Notes under the pieces: model-generated | Databases searched by the model: none | Seen by the model: only the letters and a program-made list of their open reading frames with translations | Told to the model about the DNA's origin: nothing | In this document: positions 52,401-55,083 of the stretch, piece by piece | Numbering within the stretch: position 1 is the first letter of the stretch | Layout of the letters: the number at the start of each line of letters is the position of its first letter | NCBI GenBank assembly: GCA_001938485.1 | Contig: MQRK01246687.1 | Coordinates: 1 to 55,083 of the forward strand | Source of the DNA: Girardia tigrina | Taxonomy: Eukaryota | Direction of reading: 5' to 3' | DNA: 55,083 nt | Made by a program: the position numbers and the translations under genes

Positions 52401-53346
52401 TCTTTATTAAAAACGAACAAAGAGATTTATTTGTTTTAATGATTCATCGAAAGCGAGTTTTAAATTCAACCTGATTACTCGATAAATTGAGTAGTTGGTA
52501 ACAGTAAATTTTAAAATTTCACTTTTTTTATGATTTTTAATGCAGAAGCGATCGATTGTTATTATTTTTAAATCAATTCTGATTTTTGATTATTGGCGAT
52601 TCTAATTTGTAAAAAATTTGTTAATTATCTGAATCAAAAACGAATTTCTGTTGAAAGCGATTTATTTCGTTGAGAATATTTTGAGAAAATATATTTTTTT
52701 TTGTGGATAAAGAAATTTTTTAACTTTAAATCAAAATGATTTGCTGATCGAACTTAACATAAAATGGACCCAACACTACGAATCCGAGCTCCTACTGCGT
52801 GGTTCTGCAACCACCGTCCTATCTTCGGGCACCATTATGAATTATATAAAAATAATTTTTTAAAAATGAAATGCTTTTTCTATTTTAATTATTTTTTATA
52901 CATTATTGTCACTTTTTAAATTCTTTTTAGATAATAACCACATTCAACAAAAGTCCTGTAACCATTTGATTTGTCTCTCAATGAGTCAAACTCTTTTTAT
53001 TGCTCTTCTTTTGAGCAGTCTTGTTATCGCTCTTTTTTGCTTACTCATCATTATTGGAAATTCAAAAGCTCAAAGTCTCAGATTAAAAAGAAACAGTATC
53101 AAAAAACTTCAAACAAACCCTTTATCCTTCCACAAAGCAAACTATTCTTGCCCAAGTTGTTCCACTATCCCTCAGATTCGATCTTTTGTCACTTTTAATC
53201 CGATTAATATGAAAACCAGTTCCCCAATCAAATGTTATCCTTTGACAGATCTTCAAGGTTATAATTTGAAACAAACTTTTCCCAACGAATGTTTACAGAG
53301 AAAAAGTGTAAATATTGAATCTGTCGATGAGATTTACGAATGTTGA
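3760..53346 (+). CDS. Multi-exon ZP (zona pellucida)-domain transmembrane protein, 5'-partial; exons 3760-3887, 3936-4090, 12085-12187, 28354-28519, 44752-44875, 52931-53346
   Basis: AG/GT-bounded exons join in compatible phases (2,1,2,0,1). The joined translation reads ...VMYKANLQIIFD..DMQFPIKC (ZP-N end)...EPVRLQISL...FVRVEECY...IKIIQNG|CPD...FIAFQRYQTDSVIIRCKIKVCLELNHCYP|FTC (ZP-C cysteine pattern)...ICLSMSQTLFIALLLSSLVIALFCLLIII (TM), then a cytoplasmic tail. Confidence 0.75.
3936..4090 (+). CDS. ZP gene exon (linker and start of ZP-C)
   Basis: tgcag|C GGA...ATT A|gtaata; GITTSSRPTLSFLKVNLDFVNENEDKIQSAAQNEPVRLQISLKIVSSVFNI; the phase-1 donor fits the exon at 12085. Confidence 0.7.
5170..5500 (+). 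mobile_element. Solo-LTR-like repeat, 5'-truncated copy ending TGTTCTTGACA
   Basis: 5357-5500 aligns with the 3' module of copies 2304 and 32193 (TTGTTCGAATAATCATGATTAA...CCAATTAGA...TTCTGAGAGT...AATAAA). The left boundary is approximate. Confidence 0.7.
6140..6600 (-). mobile_element. Degraded mariner transposase fragment
   Basis: The minus strand gives GPHELARLQIEN, resembling the WVPHEL motif; many stops. Confidence 0.45.
6604..6935 (+). mobile_element. Mariner 5' fragment (TIR plus HTH region)
   Basis: TA|TTAGGTTGACAAG TIR-like start; encodes ILYDFKSRLSVIESTCRIAAAFGE...RPSNFDDDRLRQLVDEDSHLT. Confidence 0.65.
7081..7390 (-). mobile_element. Inverted, diverged partial copy of the zinc-finger region of the adjacent LINE
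   Basis: Reverse complement of about 8165-8465 with scattered substitutions; ORFs 7080-7307(+) and 8239-8583(-) are near-identical. Confidence 0.9.
7413..8824 (+). mobile_element. 5'-truncated RTE-like non-LTR retrotransposon: RT C-terminus, three C2H2 zinc fingers and 3' UTR
   Basis: GLKINIGKTK...EFCYLASII...DIKA*IQKG...YYSCENW (RT thumb region). Fingers CTMDACHKQYADVKELNRHIRRDH, CQHCPKEYKATGFLRIHIQKNH and CPFRGCYASTVTANGMYCHGTKFH. Stop at 8751-8753. GC-rich relative to the flanks. Confidence 0.85.
8820..9100 (+). mobile_element. Penelope-like element 3' end (GIY-YIG endonuclease fragment plus pLTR)
   Basis: HIGETNRHLKTRISEHSQ...FDSHYERQFCESLLIR, followed by a hammerhead motif. Confidence 0.8.
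9028..9069 (+). ncRNA. Minimal type I hammerhead ribozyme, core mutated (GAAA to GATA)
   Basis: ATTG-CTGATGA-T-GATGT(ATGTAA)ACATC-GATAC-AT-GTC-CAAT; palindromic stem III ACATGT; lies directly after the Penelope GIY-YIG fragment. Confidence 0.65.
9150..9830 (-). mobile_element. Degraded pogo/Tigger-like transposase fragment
   Basis: Minus-strand remnants resembling a CENP-B HTH and the KGE...RI DDE region; heavily frameshifted. Confidence 0.4.
10312..10842 (-). mobile_element. Solo-LTR-like repeat, copy 3
   Basis: The reverse strand reads TGTGAGGAATATT...TGTTCTTAATA; perfect TSD GTAAT (10307-10311 / 10843-10847); near-identical to the copy at 18985. Confidence 0.9.
12085..12187 (+). CDS. ZP gene exon (ZP-C: VRVEECY...IIQNG)
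   Basis: tacctag|AT GAG CAA...AAT GG|gtgagt; EQGFVRVEECYLNNNSAFGSGYMNSGSIKIIQNG. Confidence 0.85.
13850..14330 (-). mobile_element. Degraded non-LTR retrotransposon RT fragment
   Basis: Minus strand IDFKRMNQGDLLTASFTRALDPL, resembling the RT QGD.LSP motif. Confidence 0.55.
14480..15110 (-). pseudogene. Frameshifted laminin-type EGF (LE) repeat fragment
   Basis: Across frames: GNHCH-FD...ICTDCS.KNT..GP.YCESCYEQLFNP, resembling the LE consensus C.DC.HNT.G..CE.C...Y..P. Confidence 0.4.
15620..16180 (-). mobile_element. Penelope-like element 3' end (GIY-YIG C-terminus plus pLTR)
   Basis: Minus strand DFKVILNNFDTNYEMIIAEALLIKHHKPCLNVQ, followed by a hammerhead. Confidence 0.8.
15663..15705 (-). 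ncRNA. Minimal type I hammerhead ribozyme, intact core
   Basis: Minus strand CATTGCA-CTGAAGA-C-ACC(GAAAT)GGT-GAAAC-GC-GTA-TGTAATG: 7-bp stem I, 3-bp stem II, palindromic stem III ACGCGT, GUA cleavage triplet. Confidence 0.8.
16194..16471 (+). pseudogene. ABC transporter (ABCA-like) NBD N-terminal exon fragment
   Basis: tttttag|...IAVKIIFKYYK...YALNGFSMIAHKNYLTDVVGPRSSGKSTLIRILSGLIRPTQG (Walker A). A frameshifted YC(P)QKNI Q-loop follows, then a stop. No other ABC exons were seen. Confidence 0.75.
16900..17185 (-). mobile_element. Penelope GIY-YIG fragment abutting an inverted partial pLTR (17121-17185)
   Basis: LAYQFKCHKCEALYIGETSRHLRTRIAEH. 17121-17185 (+) matches the reverse complement of about 15624-15688 (hammerhead 3' half). 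Confidence 0.8.
18985..19516 (+). mobile_element. Solo-LTR-like repeat, copy 4
   Basis: TGTGAGGGATATT...TGTTCTTAATA; perfect TSD TTAAT (18980-18984 / 19517-19521). Confidence 0.9.
20020..20057. repeat. (TA)n microsatellite
   Basis: Uninterrupted TA run; similar runs occur near 11186, 17185, 34419 and 49323. Confidence 0.95.
21486..21620 (+). repeat. 47-bp tandem repeat, about 3 diverged copies
   Basis: Units start at 21486, 21533 and 21580 and share a(t/c)cacYgt..ttgatt.a.aataatgga. Confidence 0.8.
23460..24540 (-). mobile_element. Penelope-like retroelement (RT C-terminal half, GIY-YIG and pLTR), 5'-truncated
   Basis: RYVDD-like motif, then FTVEYENNNVLPFLDLLI..IYRKKTDTG (ORF 24048-24506); VVYQYKCNGCDAIYIEETCRHL..EALLIKSFDPKINVQ (ORF 23571-23960). 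Confidence 0.92.
23462..23513 (-). ncRNA. Minimal hammerhead ribozyme in Penelope pLTR
   Basis: Minus strand CTGATGA-T-GACGG(TTGAT)CCGTC-GAAAT-TA-ATA: perfect 5-bp stem II, palindromic stem III ATTAAT; stem I interrupted. Confidence 0.75.
24588..24790 (+). mobile_element. Penelope GIY-YIG fragment (family of the 16913 copy)
   Basis: HKNEALYIGETNRHIC; nucleotide similarity to 16960-17080 (-). Confidence 0.65.
24850..25640 (-). mobile_element. Older, degraded Penelope copy related to 23460-24540, with a hammerhead remnant at 24853-24894
   Basis: Shares AATTTCGA..GAT.AACCGTCATCATCAGA, ATTTTAGGATC.AAAGAT and GAACATAA.CC..(T)GG.GTGA blocks with the 23.5-kb copy. Hammerhead stem I ATGTT/AACAT is intact and stem II is degraded. 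Confidence 0.7.
25821..26235 (-). mobile_element. Solo-LTR-like repeat, copy 5 (diverged subfamily)
   Basis: Reverse strand TGTGAGGAATGTT...CTCCTACACAGATGG...TGTTGTTAATA; perfect TSD ATAAT (25816-25820 / 26236-26240). Confidence 0.8.
26331..26537. mobile_element. Tc1/mariner-type MITE (207 bp) with perfect TIRs of about 49 bp and a TA TSD
   Basis: TA|CAGGGTGTCCCAAAAATATGTATACACATTAAAAATTTAATTTTATTGA ... exact reverse complement ...GGGACACCCTG|TA. Confidence 0.95.
27190..27420 (-). pseudogene. Sortilin/VPS10-domain gene fragment with premature stops
   Basis: IVRREYGLQRNSIDHYNIFLVC*STRKRSLLLITQDGGEIWKKVDMDFILDQEVQFHPFNKL*L*TV; contains an Asp-box (T.DGG..W) and the FHP motif of VPS10 beta-propellers. 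Confidence 0.6.
28354..28519 (+). CDS. ZP gene exon (ZP-C core)
   Basis: tacttaaag|A TGT CCA...TAC CCG|gtgagt; CPDAKVGFYARFHNLIRMKNKILSDQFIAFQRYQTDSVIIRCKIKVCLELNHCYP. Confidence 0.88.
28992..30223 (+). mobile_element. Full-length but decayed mariner (mauritiana/Mos1-like) transposon
   Basis: TIRs TTAGGTGTACAAATATGAAAGTTC / GAACTTTCTTATTTGTACACCTAA|TA; transposase remnants GKIQKEGLWAPRVLT, HDNARPH and PPYSPYIAPFDYHLF. Confidence 0.92.
30291..31170 (-). mobile_element. Degraded RTE-like LINE with C-terminal zinc fingers, related to 7413-8824
   Basis: Minus strand FYCTSCRKLFKCKG and KFKCAFRGCIKSTNTCRSMLNHGTSIHGW, versus KFKCPFRGC...HGTKFHGW in the first copy. The 3' tail 30291-30360 matches 8757-8824. 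Confidence 0.8.
31806..32006 (+). CDS. Candidate symmetric (phase 0-0) exon, possibly a cassette exon of the ZP gene
   Basis: CTAAC branch point at 31788, gaag|AGT...AAA|gtaaac, 67 open codons, GC-rich start. No recognisable homology. Confidence 0.3.
32193..32752 (+). mobile_element. Solo-LTR-like repeat, copy 6 (ends TGTTCTTAACA); a 5' stub of another copy lies at 32111-32140
   Basis: AGTGAGGAATATT...CTCCCACCCAGAT...3' module as in copies 2304 and 5357; TSD imperfect. Confidence 0.8.
32925..33300 (-). mobile_element. Mariner (cecropia/Hsmar1-like) 5' fragment
   Basis: MQKAQLRVIFLYEFKLGHKASEAARIINGLFGDGTTNEHMLQRWYKKF. Confidence 0.85.
33313..34294 (-). mobile_element. Ty3/Gypsy pol remnant (protease-RT)
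   Basis: SSPWNTPMIC..KDEIRLCLDF; PAFPILNIEEILDSL..MKWFSSFDL; LVYLDDILVFS; runs into the N gap. Confidence 0.9.
34668..35436 (+). pseudogene. SBDS: Intronless, near full-length SBDS/Sdo1 (ribosome maturation factor) pseudogene
   Basis: TLFSPTNQKRLTNVS...RRFE/(I)AYFPNKVITWR...IYTNVSK...DAFQTTNILEICKIIFEKGELQLTEKKR...VAKIVTSKTLNPST...KPNKTAKQQSLDVIRML. The start codon reads AGG and there are several frameshifts. Confidence 0.88.
35820..36580 (-). pseudogene. Decayed EGF-like repeat exon fragments
   Basis: ttttaag| acceptor, then SYVCECKLYYGLSQ/(D)EPNCIS with a frameshift; second block ...NSLGK/YNLNEGFY; Cys-rich. Confidence 0.3.
37033..37190 (+). pseudogene. COPB2: Coatomer beta' (WD40) exon fragment
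   Basis: RVHTFEAHSNYIRCIVILQTKPFILTNVADITIKMWDWEKKLIC, matching beta'-COP [34 protein letters not shown]; a frameshift precedes IFEG, then ag|gtgaat. Confidence 0.85.
37250..38469 (-). mobile_element. Tc1/mariner-superfamily transposon with DUF4817-type HTH (rosa/DD41D-like), decayed
   Basis: LEKRIKMVLLY...FQQTGSVEDLHRS; WPSRSPDLTVCDYFIWGYLKEYVY; terminus TA|CAGGGTGTTCAAAAAG at 38469 (minus strand). Confidence 0.88.
39523..39885 (+). mobile_element. Solo-LTR-like repeat, copy 7 (3'-truncated; subfamily of 54392)
   Basis: TGTGAGGAATATTT...CTCTCCTTACCAGATGG...GCAATCATAGGAAAGCTTTGAGAAAGATTGT, matching 54729-54759. Confidence 0.75.
40385..40730 (+). mobile_element. Gypsy integrase fragment A (HHCC plus first half of the DDE core)
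   Basis: CIECQQTK...FEKLYVDFCG...YILGIIDHFSKY...WILKFGGPKEIHVD; truncated at the second catalytic Asp. Confidence 0.88.
40870..42090 (+). mobile_element. Gypsy RNase H end plus complete degraded integrase B and PPT
   Basis: LVRRRL...N(L)ADCLIRIP; H..SHFGVHRT...CVEC; YLTIVDSATRF; ERNHRTIK; WMGPH (GPY/F-like); purine tract GGGAGAG near 42079-42085. Confidence 0.85.
42122..43527 (+). mobile_element. pogo-family (Brinker-DBD/CENP-B, POGK-like) DNA transposon, internally deleted
   Basis: TA|CCATATTTATCGGACTATAAGTCGC ... GCGGTTTATAGTACGATAAATATGG|TA; RRSFTVERKLVIIAYAEKHGNR, FKGTNGWCTRFMKRNNLS, NMDEV and IPGGLTKSLQPLDLSVNKSFK. Confidence 0.92.
43536..43870 (+). pseudogene. Tentative strumpellin (WASHC5)-like C-terminal fragment with a retained intron
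   Basis: ttag|ISKKPHYYKSVGTV/KRRPEDDEIDRKPFKFLNG resembles strumpellin PKLQY.K.(V/L)G....K..DP.D.PP...G; frameshifted; second acceptor at 43768. Confidence 0.3.
44752..44875 (+). CDS. ZP gene exon supplying the last ZP-C cysteine
   Basis: ttttgtgttcag|TTT ACG TGT...AGA A|gtaatt; phase 0 in and phase 1 out; gives C-Y-P|F-T-C. Confidence 0.6.
45453..45518 (+). repeat. 21-bp tandem repeat x3
   Basis: TGCTAATCAATACTATACATA / TGCTAATCAATAATGCACATG / TGCTAATCAATACTATACATA. Confidence 0.9.
45520..45850 (+). mobile_element. piggyBac-like 3' end remnant
   Basis: Cys-rich QVCKINK..NCAKCKIFM remnant; terminus GGGTCATATAGACC...GCCGGG|TTAA. Confidence 0.5.
46863..48150. repeat. Perfect 128-bp inverted repeat pair (46863-46990 / 48023-48150), 1032-bp spacer
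   Basis: TTGGATTAATAATTATTTTGAAGAGACAG...CTTTGTGATT and its exact reverse complement. Confidence 0.92.
51636..51976 (+). CDS. GC-rich candidate exon (phase-1 acceptor), possibly an alternative terminal exon of the ZP gene
   Basis: ctgattgaag|TG ACG GCC...; open frame of 113 codons to TAG in an otherwise very AT-rich region; no TM segment. Confidence 0.4.
52931..53346 (+). CDS. ZP gene terminal exon: juxtamembrane ICLS, TM helix and cytoplasmic tail
   Basis: ttctttttag|AT AAT...; HLICLSMSQTLFIALLLSSLVIALFCLLIIIGNSK...DEIYEC*. Confidence 0.72.
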
Positions 53347-54391
53347 TATATCATTGCCCACTTCTGTAGACCATTTCTCAAGAGAAATATTATTCTTTTA
53401 AAAAACATTAACTTGTCAGAAAAGAAATGTTTTTCAATTGTTTTTTTTCAATTTAAAAAGTATTTTATCAAAAAAATGTTTAATTTAAGGATGACCACGA
53501 TGGAGCAACATTAAGATTGAGATCTTGAATGAAGGAAATTATTTACAAAGATTATTAAACGTCTTTATATCACTGTCATATTCACTTTATTGTCGTGTGT
53601 TGTGGACCCTAAATGTAATGTTTCATGTTACAACCTTCTTGAATTGGCCATGGTTCTTTCCACCGAGGCCTGGCTAATATAAGTAACAATATCTGACATT
53701 TAGATTTGATGACCAGATTGTCGTTTGTAAATTTCGATGTATACGGTCTTTTGATAATACTATTATTTTTTTAAATTATCTTGAGTAATCATCATAAAAC
53801 CAAAGATTTCTTTTGTATGTATCAAATAATCAAATGTTTGCAATAATATAATTTTATATTTCATATTAATTTTATTAAGTTATATGTAGTTAGCCATTTT
53901 TAAATTTTGTTTCCAAATTTTCGATTATGAATTGCAAAAAAACAGAACTCAATTCACCTTTCAACAATTTTATTATTATTTCCAATTACATAAATTTCCA
54001 ATTGATGCAGTTAAACAATACTGCAATTTTTTTCAAATAATAAGTTTAATTTTTTATGATAAATCTTTTTTTTTAATTTTTTTATTAAAAAAAATGTCAG
54101 ATAATGATAAAACTGAAATCTTTATACACACAAATGTTTTTTAATTAATTGGTTCATTAATTTGAATCTTCCAATATGTAATCTCTCAGATCTCATCCTT
54201 ATGGCTTTCATTAAAATAAAAAATATTTAGTATTAAAATAAAACAAATGTTCTTTCTGCTTTTTTTAAAAAATAATTTAAACATAATTTAACAAAAACTA
54301 AAAAATAATCAAGATTCAAAATAAAAACCATTTGTACAAATTACCTGAATACATCTATCAAAAAGTTAGTCAATCTCGCTACAATGCCATT

Positions 54392-54823
54392 TGCGAGGAA
54401 TATTTTGAATGTTTGATGTTTTCTGTTTGTATGTTGATTTGGAAATGTGTCTCTCCTACCCAGATGGATGATTAATATTTGAATTCTTATTATCTAAAAA
54501 TATGTAATATTTAAATTTATTTTTAATTTCAAATAATGGTAAAATTTTAAATAAGTTAATTAATTTTTACAATTTTCAATAAATAAATCGAATTAATATT
54601 TTTTAAATATTTAATAATCATTTTAATTTTTATCCAATAAGTTTTGAGTAAATATTTTAATAAAATATTTATGTCTCCGTTTACTAAAAATAATAAGAGT
54701 TAATTAATTAATCAATTTAGTTTAGAAAGCAATCGTAAAAAAGCTTTGACAAAGATTGTCTTAAAGAAAATCCAAATTGTTGTGCAAATAAAAATATGAA
54801 ACGTCAAATCGGTGTTTTTAATA
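54392..54823 (+). mobile_element. Solo-LTR-like repeat, copy 8
   Basis: TGCGAGGAATATT...CTCCTACCCAGATGG...AATAAA...GGTGTTTTTAATA; perfect TSD CCATT (54387-54391 / 54824-54828). Confidence 0.88.
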
Positions 54824-54885
54824 CCATTCTTTATTTTAAGAGACAAAAACTGCCGTCACCCGTTTCGCCTGTCAATAAAATAGTG

Positions 54886-55083
54886 GATTTTTCGGCCGAA
54901 AATCAAGTGAGCCAAGGTCAGGACTATAGGCTGGCTTTCTAAGAGGTTCAATGGCGTCAAGAGTTTAGTAGGGGAAAAATGCGGGTTCTCCCTCACCCCC
55001 CCCGGGGGGGGGTAGTCCTTAGTTACCGTGGTTGCCATGGTTACGTAACCAGTTACCCCGCGGGGTTACCATGGCAACGGTCG
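54886..55083. other. GC-rich nested palindrome cluster with two RFX X-box-like motifs, truncated by the window edge
   Basis: GATTTTTCGGCCGAAAATC (54886-54904), A-C8-G9-T (54995-55013), GTTGCCATGGTTAC (55031-55044), GGTTACGTAACC (55039-55050), CCCCGCGGGG (55056-55065), GTTACCATGGCAAC (55065-55078). Confidence 0.7.

Overview
Very AT-rich, repeat-dense eukaryotic (invertebrate-metazoan-like) genomic DNA with two assembly gaps (N runs at 16632-16661 and 34295-34393). The main host gene is a + strand zona pellucida (ZP)-domain membrane protein. Its small, phase-compatible exons (3760-3887, 3936-4090, 12085-12187, 28354-28519, 44752-44875, 52931-53346) span about 50 kb, and its 5' exons were not identified. 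The ORF track largely misses this gene. The introns contain decayed transposons: mariner, a DUF4817-type Tc1/mariner and a matching MITE, pogo/Tigger, piggyBac, Gypsy RT/integrase, RTE-like LINEs with C-terminal C2H2 fingers, and Penelope GIY-YIG elements carrying minimal hammerhead ribozymes. They also contain about 8 copies of a 415-560 bp solo-LTR-like family with 5-bp TSDs and non-canonical TG...TA ends, and many broken host-gene pieces (SBDS, ABCA, sortilin, COPB2, and tentatively laminin-EGF, EGF and strumpellin). A GC-rich nested-palindrome/X-box cluster is cut off by the right edge. All calls were made by eye, with no searches run.
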